Source: Moniliella sp. 'wahieum' (lineage: Eukaryota). From it: DNA of 64,000 nt. A model generated the notes under the pieces. It was not told the DNA's origin. It did no database searches and saw only the letters and a program-made list of their open reading frames with translations. Shown in pieces: positions 37,701 to 49,750 of this stretch. The stretch lies in contig RSEE01000017.1 of the NCBI GenBank assembly GCA_003971905.1, positions 310,001-374,000 on the forward strand. The letters are read 5' to 3'. Every line of letters starts with the position of its first letter. The stretch's first letter is position 1. A program made the translations under genes and the position numbers.

Positions 37701-40364
37701 CAATCATCCGTGTGCCCGCTGGTACTTCGATGAGCGCCAATGCCGCCAATGCCACGGTGGCCAAACCGGCCCAGACCGACGGATCATGCGCCGTCGCGGC
37801 TCCACTCTTGGGTAGGTACGCTTCTCCTCCATTCTGCTTGGCCTTTGTTGATGAGCGCCAGAGGTCCAACCAAAGCGTAGGCCGTGCCGTGAAGGACATG
37901 GGTACCTGGCCGAAATGGAAGGGTTAGATCAGTGGAGAGGAGAGGAGAGATGGAACATACCTTGACCGCAACATAAAGAGAATCGTCGGTTGGCCTTTGA
38001 AGAGCGCCCATGTGGCGTCCCGACGGCCACATGCTGGCGATGAGGGATGGAGATGGAATCCAAGAGCTAAGGAGAGCCAGAGCTATGGGCCTGGATGGGC
38101 TCCTGGGGTGGAGGCCAGGAAGCTCGTGGAAGGTCCGCAGCTCACTGCCCCGGTGCCCTGTGTGCATCGGGCCACGTCTCCAGCCGAGCTCTTTTGTCGG
38201 CGTACCGACGACCGCGCTGCGGGCTCGCATTGCACATTTCAACTCCGCGTTCCCCATGGGGATGCGGCCCATGTCACATGTCACATCCCCTGTCACAGCC
38301 CCTGCATGTCACAGCCCATGTCACAGCCCATGTCACAGCCCATTCACATGTGATCGCACGTGTCACGTCGCACTCCTAGTAGTGGGTGCGTCCCCCCTCG
38401 CATCAAGAGGTCCAGTCGAGGATGATATTCAATGCCTCCTCTCCACACAGCTTCATCCCCACGGGCATTCCTAGATCCCTTCTCTCCAGCGTTACTATCC
38501 ACTTCATCTACCCAGACGCCCGTTTTCCATACCCTTGGCCTCACATCCTGCTATGCAATACTATATGTCAACCACATTGTAGTTTTAAACCAATCTCATT
38601 CTTCAACGATCACACAACAACGAAACGAAGACGAAAACAAAACGAAAACAAAGTCATTGGTCCAGGTCCCATGCGTCCACCATTTCCACCTCAGGGCAAT
38701 ACACCTCCTCCACCATGTCCCATGCATCCTGCATCTCCACCTCTGGGCAATGCACCTCCACCACCACCGGCCCATGGCGACGCTTGCGCACGGTCACGCG
38801 AGGCTCGGCCGTGTTGACATCGAACCTGGCCCGAGGCACCGCTGGCGCCAGCACCCGCTCCTCAGCCGCCTTTGGCTTCTTGCGCAGATCGAAGGGCCTG
38901 GCTGGGCGTTGCGATCGTGCCCAACTTGGAAGTTCGGATGCTCGGATGGGAATGATGGGCGCCGCCAGACAGGCGGGGGGGTGTAGTTAGATGGCAGACC
39001 CGGGCTCGTGGTCAGAGGAGAGAGGCGGAAGGTGAACTGGAACTCGGTCAGAGGCGGGAGGGGCAGCATTTCGGTACTGGGTGAGCGGTTCGAGAAGGTA
39101 GTGGTGGGAGGGAGACAAGAAGTTTTGCACCCATCCGAGGTTACTTATGCCCCCGCCCCGCCGCCGTTGGGGCAATATGAGGCATTTTTGCCCCAACGGC
39201 GGGGAGCACACTGCCCTCAGGCCTCAGGCCGCGCCTCGGCTTCAGCACACTGTGCTACCTCGACTGCTCCCATGCGGCGTGACGTGTACCTCGGAGCAGG
39301 CCGGGCAGCACACTGCCCTCAAGCCTCAGGCCGCTGCCTCGGCTTCAGCACACTGTGCTACCTCGACTGCTGCCGTGCGGTGTGACATGTATCTCGGAGC
39401 AGGCCGGGTAGCACGCTGCCCTCAGGCCTCAGGCCAACCCTCAGGCCTTAACCCAGCCCAGCGGTGGATAATGCCGGACGCAGATCGGAATTCCCACGGT
39501 GGCCAAACCGGCCCAGACCGACGGACCGTGCGCCGTCGCGGCTCCACTTGGGGAGGTAGGTTGTCTCCTCCGTTCTGCTTGGCCTTTGTTGATGAACGCC
39601 AGAGGTCCAACCAAAGGGTAGGCCGTTCCGTGAAGGACATGGGTACCTGGCTGAAATGGAAGGGTTAGATCAGTGGACAGGAGGAGAGGAGAAGAGAGAT
39701 GGAACATACCTTGACCGCAACATAAGAAGCGTGGGTTGGCCTTGAAGAGCGCCCATGTTCTGGGACGAGCATGTATGCGCCCAGTACCGACACAATGTCC
39801 ATTGCCCCACCGTCAACCGAGACTGAATGGGCCGACTCATCCACTGGTTCCGGTCTCTGCTGGTGCTCGCCAGCATTGACGCTGCACGCAGTGGCACCTT
39901 GCCTCGTCCCCAACAGATCGTCCCGCACGAAGTGGTTCGTGCACCTCACCCCCTCTGCCATCCCTAAATGCGATCGACACTGGTGGGTCGGTCGGGTCCT
40001 GTCGTGCCGTTCGTCCCACACGGGTTCCCATCCCACGAAACGCCGGGGGCGGACCTCCCGCGGACATCCAACGCTGATGGCCGCAAGCCGGGCATTCTTT
40101 TTCAGGATCCGCTGGGGGACAATGCCTCCCCTTGATGATTGACAGCTTTTTTGCATGTGTGAGCTGCTCGCCACCATCCAAGTACCCTGATCCTCTCCCC
40201 GTTTTCTCGGATGAGGACAAGCTCCATTCTCCTCCGTTTCCGCTGCGATCGATCTTCTTCCGGTCTGCGCTTACAGATCAAACACGTTTTCTCGATCAGA
40301 CACATAGCCTGATCTAGCACGTTACAATCGCCAACCAGAAAGGTTGTGGCCTACTGTGCAGTTC

Positions 40365-40795
40365 GACGTACCTTTTGGAAGCCTGGGTTGGGCATGTGGA
40401 CATGTGTCCCAGTAGTCCTTTTGGACTTGGGCCTTGTGGTACACATGAACGGTGGCTTGGTCTCTCGGGGCACTGGATGGGGCTTTCCATCCGCCGTTGC
40501 CCCTGACCCAGGAGAATCGGCGCGGGCAGATGGCGGCGGCCATGCAGAGTCCTGCGAAGAGCGTCCCGAGGCTTCCCATCCGCACCGGTCGCACATTCCA
40601 TCCCCAAGTCGTTTCGTGTGGTGGCGATGGTGGTGGGCAATGGCGCGAGTGTTGGGCATGACAGCAGAAGCGAGCCCAGTCTCCAGCGCGCTCTTTGTCG
40701 GCGTACCGACGACCGCAGCAACTTGTATTGCCGCTGCGGGGCTGCCATTGCACATTTCAAATCCATCCCCTCCGCTTTGGCCATGGGGATGTCCG
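40365..40795. repeat. Right copy of direct repeat flanking the tandem array
   Basis: Homologous to 26790-27190; its last ~100 bp are also present in every array unit. Confidence 0.85.
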
Positions 40796-40877
40796 AGGGA
40801 TCTAGGGACGAGGAGCTGCTGTACACGTGGCAGGACTTGTAGTAGACACCGGCTTGGGCCGTCGTACTGTGTCTGAA

Positions 40878-40975
40878 TGTTAAAACGAGGACAAAGGCCT
40901 ACGGAGAGAAGAAGAGAGAGGGAGGAGGTGATAGATCTATTCCAGAGAGGAGCCCGTTAGGGGCAAACATAGGGA
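40878..40975. mobile_element. LTR-end remnant, family B
   Basis: Begins TGTTAAAACGAGGAC as at 427. Confidence 0.55.
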
Positions 40976-41099
40976 GAGTCGGATAGAACAGCGCGATGCG
41001 TGATGCTGATCAGCTGCATGCATGGCGCTGACACTGAAGCCTCCGGAGCTTAGGGACGGGTAGAGGCAGGGAGGCCAAACACTGCCGAATTGCCTCAGG

Positions 41100-43400
41100 C
41101 GTATTTCTCCAACGCGTCGATGCAGGTAGAGCTGTGGATGACCTAATCAAGTGGGCGACCCGAGCCGAGTTGTATTTGGCGTCGCAACTGACATCCTCCC
41201 GGGCCGCAACCATTCCCGTACCTCGCCATGGCCAACTCTCAGCTTCCAGCCCCCCACGCGCAACAGCATCAACAACAACGATCGTAATGGCTACGAGCCG
41301 ATGGACCTAGATGGAGTGGAAGTCCGTCCCGTGGGCCGCAGGTTCCGGCTCAGTGTTGAAGGTTGAAGAGTACGCCGTCACACCCGTGAGGGTGATCGCT
41401 GCATGCGTTGCGGGCACGCGGGTCATTGGCGTAACGAGTGCCCCTTGGGCCAGAATGGCCATTGCCCCGGGCAGTGTGGCCGTCTGTTTTGGCCCCAAGG
41501 GATGTCTAATCAGAGTCGCCGAGCCACGGGGCGGGGTCGGGTCAGGCGAACGAGAGGGCAGCTCGTCGAGCGCGCTGGAGCAGGCGCGCGATTAGGGGCA
41601 GGGGCCCCGCCGTGGATGTGTGCCACGCCTACCTACTCCTGCCGACGGTCGTCTAGCTACCGCGCCTATATGTTTCCAGACGAACTTGGGCACGCACACC
41701 ACGTTAATAAGCCTAGTGGACACGGGGGCCGAGAGGTCGTTTATTGACGGCGGAGAAGTGCGCAATTACGGGTACGTCCTGACTCCCCTCTCTGCCCCCC
41801 CGCAGGTGCGGCTACTGGATGGGCGAAGGATCTGGTCAGGTCAGGTTACTCACTCTTTCCTTTTGTTTTTAACCTGCGCGGTCAAACGTTCAGCCACGAC
41901 TTCCTCGTTATGTCCATTCCGCACTATGCAGCGGTCTTTCGTATCGACTTCCTGTGCGCCAATGAAGTGTCGCTTTCCTTTGCTCGAGATGGTCCAGCCG
42001 AGCTTAGCTTTAAGGTCACTGGCACCCGATCGAGTGTGTGGTATCATGGACACATACATCTAGTCTCGGCTCACCGTTTCAATCACGGGCTTTAGCAAAG
42101 ATGAGGACCTCGTCGGCGGGCAAGTGTGGGTCGACGATCAGGCCGAGGCGGTTTCCCGAGTCTGAAGCGCTACGGTACACCTTGCTCCATGATCACCGCG
42201 CAAGCCCGAGGCTGCGCACCATGGAAGACAGCGCACGTACGATCAGCTGGTGCGGTGGTACGATTGGCGCGGCATGGCCTTCATTGCGTGTCACTACGTG
42301 GAGACGTGCTCGTCGTCTCAAACTGCCAAGAGCCGCCGCCCTCGTCCCTATGGTCTATACTGCATCCGTTTGAAGTACTAGCCCTGCCTTGGTTCAGTTT
42401 CAGTATGGATCATTTCGGTCCCTTGGCAGAGGGAGGGCTTGGACGCAAGGGAGAGAGCCGGAACGTGGTGGTGGTGGTGAATTGTGGCTGTCCAAGACGG
42501 TGTGCTCATGCCGTGCAGCTCGAGCGTCACGGCAGGTAGCTTGTTCGAGCGGCTGGCGCACAAGGTGTTCCACGTGTGCGGGTGGGCTATCGAGTTTTTC
42601 GTGAGCGAGAGAGGGCCCTTTGTTGAGATGTCGAGGGTGATCGAGAGAGTTGGTGAAGGGGAAAGCTATACCACACAGGCACTTCTCACTGCGCGGGACC
42701 GGTGGGTCCCAAAGAAACATGGATTGGCTTTGCCTTATATAGGACCAAAGCGTGTAACAAAAGGGGTGTAGAGTACTATCTCTCTAGAAACGCAATAGAA
42801 AGGGGAACGGAAACAGTAAGTGGTGCTAGGTTTGGTCTGAGGTATACCCCGAAACCGGTTTCAAGTAAGTTTGAGGCAGTTTGTATCTTGGCTCAAACAA
42901 TCGCAAAGTTTGGAGCAAGTGCGCTTTATTCAACACCCTTGTTCACTTCCTCCCAGGTGCGTGGCTTTTGCGAAAAGCATTGCATCCGCCAAAACATGGC
43001 TCCTACCCAGTACCCCCCAGTCTGATTGGAAGTCGAAGCGGTTTGTCGACTTGGTTCAGACACATCTGTGCCATTTTGTTAACCATATCAGTCCGATTGG
43101 GTTGAGCACCTACCCTCTGCTGCCTTTGCGCTCAACACTGCTCGCTCCGCCTCAACAGGATTATCTCCGTTCTACATCATGGATTATGGGCTCCAGCCGC
43201 GCAAACCACGTGGCACAGACGCTGCCGCCCGGTCGGGTGGGCCAGAGGTGGAACATCAACTGGCTTGTGCCAAGCAACTGAGGCGGCCAGGGAGGCTTTG
43301 GAACAGGCGCGCAAGCGAGCCAAGCGCTATCGATCGGTTGCGGAGTGAGGGAGCCCCGGAGCCTTCAAACACGTTCCTACGGCCCGCGCGGGTGCGTACG
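41100..43400 (+). mobile_element. Decayed, internally deleted Ty3/Gypsy remnant(s)
   Basis: EPMDLD and CMRCGHAGHWRNEC zinc knuckle (~41400); protease LVDTGAERSFID; integrase pieces PWFSFSMDHFGPL, YIGP and FCEKHCIRQ; in-frame stops; no RT found. Confidence 0.8.
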
Positions 43401-43951
43401 CAGTCTTGCCACAGAAGTGCAGAAGCCTCCATTTTACGCCAAAAGGCATCTCCTCATCCCTAGCTCCGCTCGGATCCACCAACTAACCCAATCCCGAAAC
43501 TACCGTGAGATGTCCTTCCGTCTCCTACGGGATTATTGCACCCCACAAAAACCTGGGTGGCCCCCCTTGGACGAGCACACCCGTGATACTAGCCTTCCGT
43601 GGGAGGAGCCAGTTATATAGCGAAGGCCTATTAATGCTCTGGTGGAGAGCCGCTTGTTATTTCTCACGTATCTCTTAAACTCTCTTCCCTTTCACCCGCA
43701 AGCCTATCGCCTGTTCCGATGGCATACAGTCGGTCAGTATCTTAGTATGCTCGCGTGCTATCCTCAGGTGAGAGCTTTTCTTACTCCCAGTCCTTATATT
43801 TTTAGGGATGAGACGTGTCGTTGCGGAATACTTCCACTCCCAACTCCTCAGCAAGCGTGTCAACGATCAACGCGGGGCCGGATATGGGAGAAAACCCCTA
43901 GCACCCCCTCTCACAACAAAAGTGTTGTGCGTTTTTATATTTACTCGAATG

Positions 43952-44131
43952 TGTCATAGTTTGGCTGATCTCGCTCCCATTTCCAATTTCTTCGTCTCGA
44001 GCGTCTCGCTCCTTCCCTGTTCCTTCCACTTCGCACCATGTCCTCTGTTCTTGCTTCTTCCCCACGAACGATTGCTACACCCTTGGCCTAGTCCGATCCT
44101 GGTCTCCCTCGCCTTAGCCCCGACTGTGACA
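43952..44131 (+). repeat. Chromovirus 5' LTR (180 bp)
   Basis: Matches 49559-49750 except for two indels. Confidence 0.95.
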
Positions 44132-44172
44132 TTATCGTTCGTCTAACCGTCAACAGGCGAGCCCGACCAGAG

Positions 44173-45568
44173 ATGTCCTCGATCCACGACAACCCCCGTG
44201 ACCCCAGTAACCCTAGCGCGCCGCACCCCATCGCGCGGCGCGGCCCGATCCGACCCCCGTCCGACCCCCCCTCTGACGCTCCGTTCGACGACGATGGCCC
44301 GGAGTGGTTCCACCCGGCTGGGCCCTCTGAACCCCCCCCATGCAGCTCCGTCTGTTGCGCCCGCGCCCCCGGGGTATACATTGCCTGCCTCCGACTTGTC
44401 CGGCCTGGACCTCGAGGCCGCTCAGCGCCGGGTCGATGAGGCCCGCAGAATGCGCCAGCTTCTGTTGACGGAGGCCCGGGAACACCAGGCCTACCTTGCA
44501 GCCCAGGAGGACCAGCGCCGCGCTTTCGAGGATGAGCAAGAGGCGAAGCGCCGCGCTTTCGAGGATGAGCAAGAGGCGAAGCGCCGTGAGCACCGCCTCC
44601 GTCAGCGGCGGGAGGAGGCGGCGCTTGCCGCGGAAGAGGCCCGGTTGGCCGCCTCGGTACGGGAGGCTCAAACTGGCGTGGTGTCCTCGGCCCCCGCCCC
44701 CGCTCCCGCCCCTGGGCCTTATGGTGATCTGACTGCCATCCCGAACACGGTGTCGGAAGAGCCTAAGATGTTCGAGCCCGTTCGTTTCCGCCCGTCGTCT
44801 GGTGCGAATCCCAACTCTCGTGACCGGGTCCAGGCCCAGCACGTCGTCACCTCCTTCGAGATTTACGCGCGCGTCGCCCTCACGCATATGGGCGCGGCGG
44901 CATGGATCGACCACTTCATGGGCCTGCTGCAGGGAGAGGCCCTCACTTGGGTCGAGCAGTTCGGCTCGGAGGTGGCCCTTCCCCTGGAGGCGCGCACCAC
45001 ACCCGCCCTCCAGTCTTGGCCTGCGTTTCGCGCAGCTTTCCTGGAGCAGTGGGGCGAGCGCAACCCGGCGCTGAAGGCGTTTGAGGAGTTTCGTCGTCTT
45101 CGGCAGACAGGATCGCAGCGGACTATTCCGCTACGTTCACGGTTCTGCTACGTCGCTGGAACCCCAACGCGTCGGATGAGGACCGCTACTATTACTTTCT
45201 GTACGGCTTGAAGCCGCGGTGCGTGACGCAATCGCCTCCCGCGGCGAGTCGGCTCACTTTGGACGGATCAGTTTCGAACAACTGCGCACAGCGGCCATTG
45301 ACATCGACCAATCGCAATCGCTGGGCGCTCGTGGTACCGCAACCTCCCCGGGATCGGGCGGCAATCATTGGTTTCGGCCCTCGTCGCCGAAGCCGAGCCC
45401 ATGGACCTCAGCGCAGCCACCGCCACCGCCGAAGCGGCGGCACGGCGCACCGAGCGCCGCGCTCAAGGTGCGTGCTTCTACTGCGGTTCCCGTGACCACC
45501 TCATTGCCGAGTGCCCCACGTCCAGGTCTCCCCGCCGCCTCCTCGGCCCCGCCGCTGATTCTGTCTGA
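44173..45568 (+). CDS. gag: Chromovirus gag (frameshifted)
   Basis: Coiled-coil with duplicated RRAFEDEQEAK; LLQGEALTW...SWPAFRAAFLEQW...LRQTG; EPMDL and CCHC knuckle. Confidence 0.85.
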
Positions 45569-48500
45569 GGCGGCAGTGGGGCCCTGTCCCCCCTCCTCTC
45601 GGTCCTTCACGGTACTCGCCCATCTGCATCCTGGCCCCTCGTCTCCGTCTCCCTTTTCCCCGATCCCGGTCACCGCCTTGGTCGACTCTGGTGCGAACAG
45701 TATTTTCATGGACCATGGTTTGCCCGCCAGCATGGCCTGGTTCCTCGCACGCTGCCGTCGCCCGTGGTCGTCAGGGTGGTAGACGGGCGTCCCATTTCCT
45801 CGGGTCTGGTGACCCAAGCGGTGAAGGCGCCTGTCGTGATCGGCTCCCATGTCTCAACTGAGGAGTTTTTCCTCACTTCCCTCCATCACCCCCTCATCCT
45901 CGGTCTCCCTTTTCTGGAAACTCACAACCCCAGCACCGACTACCCCTCGCACACCCTTTACTTGATAAGGTGCAGTGCCGTGATCACCATATGCCTTCCA
46001 CGACTGTACCCCGGCCTCAGCCCAAGACCAGCCCAAGCACCAGAACCAGCCCAAGCACCAAGACCAGCCCAAGCACCAAGACCAGCCCAAGCACCAAGAC
46101 CAGCCCAAGCACCAAGACCAGCCCAAGACCAAGACTACGCACCAGCACCAGCACTCGCCGGGCCCCGGCCCAAGTCCACCTCCCCACCTAACCCCATCTC
46201 GCCCCCCTCTGTCAACTCGATTCCTTTCCCTCCTCGTTCCCTCCCAGCCCGTCCCCTCCTCCCCTCCCTTGCCCACTTCGTCCCACCCCCCTTCGCGCGC
46301 GGTACGCAGCCTCTTCCCCACACCCTTCCTCGGCGCCTCTGGCCCGGGTCCCTCCTTGCCTTCTCGGTCTGGACCGCCTATTGACATTTCCTCTCGGAGC
46401 AGTTTGAGCTCGAGGTGGTCAAGGAACCCGAGGCCATGGTAAACGTCGCCTTTCCCCCTGAGCCCGAGTTGGCCGTCTCGTCCGTCGCGGTCGCTGGCGG
46501 TCCCGAGCCAATGTTTCCCGACGAGTTTGACACACCCGAGTACCTCGAGCACGTCTGCCAGACAGTCCCTCCCCGCTACCACTTCCTTAGCGCCTTTTCC
46601 AAGTCAGGGGCTAAGACGCTCCCCGCCCATCGTGCCGCCGATCACGCCATCGACCTTGTCCCCGGCGCCGCCCCCACCTTCACTCGCCTCTACCCCTTGT
46701 CGACGGGCGAAATGCAGGCCTTGTCCCAGTGGCTCAAGGAGAACCTGGCTGCCGGGTTCATCCGTCCGTCCAAGTCCCCCTTCGGCGCGGGCGTCCTTTG
46801 TCAAAAAGAAGGACGGCTCGTTGCGCCTGTGCGTGGACTATCGTGCGCTCAACTCGGTTACGATCAAGACCGGTTGGCTCTGCCTCTGATTAGCGACTCG
46901 TTGGACCGCCTCTCGGGGGCCCGCATCTTCACCAAGCTTGACCTCCGTGGGGCGTATAACTTGTTGGGGGTGAGAGAAGGCGACGAGAGTAGACTGCCTT
47001 CCGCACTCGGTACGGACACTTGAATCCCTTGTTATGCCGTTTGGCCTTTGCAACGCCCCTGCCACCTTCCAAGCTGTGATGAACGACCTCTCCGCGACCT
47101 CCTCGACGTCTCGGTACTGGCATACCTCGACGACATCCTCATCTTCTCGACTAATGAGATGGAGCACGAGCGCCACGTTGCCGAGGTCCTCCGGCGTCTG
47201 CAGCTGGCCAAGTTCTACCTCAATCCCGACAAGTGTCAGTTCCACACACGCCGCACCGAGTACCTGGGCTACGTCGTTTCGCCTGACGGGATCGGGATGG
47301 ACCCGTCCAAGGTTGAGTCGATTCGGTCGTGGCCAACACCCAGAACCTCTCGCCGTTCAAGTCTTCCTCGGCTTCGCCAACTACTACCGTCACTTCGTCC
47401 GTTCTTTTGCCCGTATCTCAGCCCCCTGTCCGACCTGACACGCAAGGACCAGCGGTTTTCTTGGACCCCAGCCTGCGAACGGCATTTGCCGAGCTCAAGC
47501 GCGTCTTTGCCTCGCCCCACCTCCTCTGCCACTTTGATCCCACTCGCCCCCTTCGCCTCGAGACTGACGCGTCGGACGCGGCGCTTGGTGCGGTGCTCGC
47601 CCAGCAGGATGTTCACGGTCGTTGGCGGCCGGTCGCCTTCCATTCTCGCAAGTTCACCGCGGCCGAGCTGAACTATACTACGTCCGAAAAGGAGGTGCTG
47701 GCCATCGTGGCCGCCGTGGAGGTGTGGCGCCATTACGTCGAAAGTGTTGAGACTGTCCAAGTGCTTACGGACCACGAGGCCATTGCTACGTTCCGCCGCC
47801 CCCGCCTGTTGAACCGCCGCCAGGGCCGATGGCGCCAGACCCTGTCCCCCTACCGCCTTGCTATGGTGTACCGTGCCGGGCAGAAGAATGGTGCGCTGAC
47901 GGGTTGTCGCGCCGTCCCGACCTCGCGGAGGGGTCCCGGCCCGCTGACGCGGCACCTCAAGTACTGGTGGAGCCCATGTCCGAACGTTCTGCCGCCGCCC
48001 CTCGAGCTCATGGCGGCGGACCCCGTTACGCCGGTGGTGGGGCGAGTGTCTGCCGACGAGATTCGACAGCGCATCCGCCAACTCGTGCCTCGTGACCCTC
48101 GTTGGTCCCTTGCTACGGCTCCACGCCCACCCCGCCATGCTTTGACGGTCCGCGACGGCCTTTTGTGGCACGGAAACCAGGTACGTTCCCAGCGACCCGC
48201 CGATCCGTGCTGCCATTCTCCACCAAGCCCACGACTCGGCATTGGCGGGCCATGAAGGGCGCGACAAGACGTTGGCCCGTGTCCGCGCTCAATATTGGTG
48301 GCCCCGCCTGTCAGCCGACGTGTGGGCCTACGTGCGCTCGTGCGACCGCTGTCAACGGACCAAAGCGCCTCGCCACCAACCCGCTGGACTCCTTCAGCCC
48401 CTTCCCCCCCCAAGGCCCGGACCCACTTGACGATGGACCACATTACCCAGCTTCCCCGATCCAATGGTTACGACGCGATTCTGGTGGTGGTGGATCGTTT

Positions 48501-49481
48501 TACCAAAATGGGTCACTTCATTCCCCCCCACACGACGGACACTGCGCCCCAGCTCGCACGCCAGTTTGTACACCATGTCTTTCGCTACCATGGCCTTCCT
48601 CGGGATCTGGTGAGTGATCGGGGACCGACCTTCACAAGCCACTTCTGGCAAGCCTTGTGTGCCGACTTGGGCATCAAGTCGAGCCTCAGCACCGCGTACC
48701 ACCCCCAGACGGACGGCCAGACTGAGCGACTCAACCAGATCCTCGAACAGTACCTCCGCTGCTACCTCGACGAGCAGCAGTCCAACTGGTTCGACCTCCT
48801 CCCCACGGCCGAATTCGCCTACAACTCGTCCTCCCACTCGAGCACCCACCAGTCCCCCTTTGTCCTCACCTATGGTTACTCTCCCCGGGGGAGTTGGAGC
48901 CCTCCACTTCGCCCGTGCCCGATGCTGCGTCATATTGGAGGACTTGCGCTCGGCCCAGGCGGTGGCCCGCCGCACGCTCGCCGCGGCCCAAGACCGCTAC
49001 AAGCATTATGCCGATCAGCAGCGCACCGAGGCGGCTTCCTTCACTGCTGGCCAGCCTGTCTTGGTCCGTCGGGACGGCTATGTGCCAGCCAGCGGCCTTC
49101 TGACGGCCTGACTATCGCTACCTCGGCCCCTTTCCCATTGTCCGCGCCGTGGGCCGCGCCGCGTACCAGGTCCGCCTCCCCGACTACCTACACCTCCATG
49201 ACGTGTTCCATGTGTCCCGCTTGCGAGCCTACACCCCTGGTGACGTGGTCCCTGCCCGCTTGATCGAGCCCCCGCCTCCTCTCCCCGAGTATGCTGATGA
49301 TGGTGCGGTTCATCACGAGGTCGAACATGTCCTCGACTCTCGCCGCAAGGGTCGTGGTGGCCGCATTGAGTACTTTGTTCACTTCCGGGGCTATCCTGTC
49401 CACGAGAGGGAGTGGGTACCCGCTGCGGACATGTCTCATGACGCCGAGCCAGTGGTCGTTTCCACGCCCCTACCCCGATAA
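45560..49481 (+). CDS. pol: Chromovirus pol (PR-RT-RNaseH-IN-chromodomain), broken by indels
   Basis: Motifs as listed for the element; chromodomain [11 protein letters not shown]...[18 protein letters not shown] at ~49310-49435. Confidence 0.9.
46020..46150 (+). repeat. 18-bp minisatellite (CCAGCCCAAGCACCAAGA) x~6 in the PR-RT spacer
   Basis: Directly visible. Confidence 0.9.
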
Positions 49482-49558
49482 GCCTGTCTCCCATGCCCGC
49501 CGACTCGCCCTCTCTCGCCTCCGTCGCCGCCCGGGAGATGAGGTCTGAAAGGGGGCAA

Positions 49559-49750
49559 TGTCATAGTTTGGCTGATCTCGCTCCCATTTCCAATTTCTTC
49601 GTCTCGAGCGTCTCGCTCCTTCCCTGTTCCTTCCACTTCGCACCATGTCCTCTGTTCTTGCTTCTTCCCCACGAACGATTGCTACAACACCTTGCTACAC
49701 CCTTGGCCTAGTCCGATCCTGGTCTCCCTCGCCTTAGCCCCGACGTGACA
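49559..49750 (+). repeat. Chromovirus 3' LTR (192 bp)
   Basis: Follows the PPT; followed by TSD GAATG. Confidence 0.95.

Larger units (their letters stand above)
27099..39900. repeat. Tandem array, ~5.8 copies of a ~2.2-kb unit
   Basis: Marker TTTTGTCGGCGTACCGACGACCGC recurs near 27113, 29331, 31538, 33760, 35981 and 38192; units differ almost only by 1-nt indels. Confidence 0.97.
43952..49750 (+). mobile_element. Full-length chromodomain-containing Ty3/Gypsy retrotransposon (chromovirus, ~5.8 kb)
   Basis: TG...CA LTRs 43952-44131 and 49559-49750; perfect TSD GAATG; PPT GAAAGGGGG; gag [55 protein letters not shown]; RNase[26 protein letters not shown]; chromodomain. Confidence 0.97.

Noticed and set aside
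45480..45600. Programmed gag-pol frameshift in the chromovirus
   Set aside because: Gag and PR are in different frames, but indel noise is too high to distinguish recoding from error, and no clear slippery site was seen.
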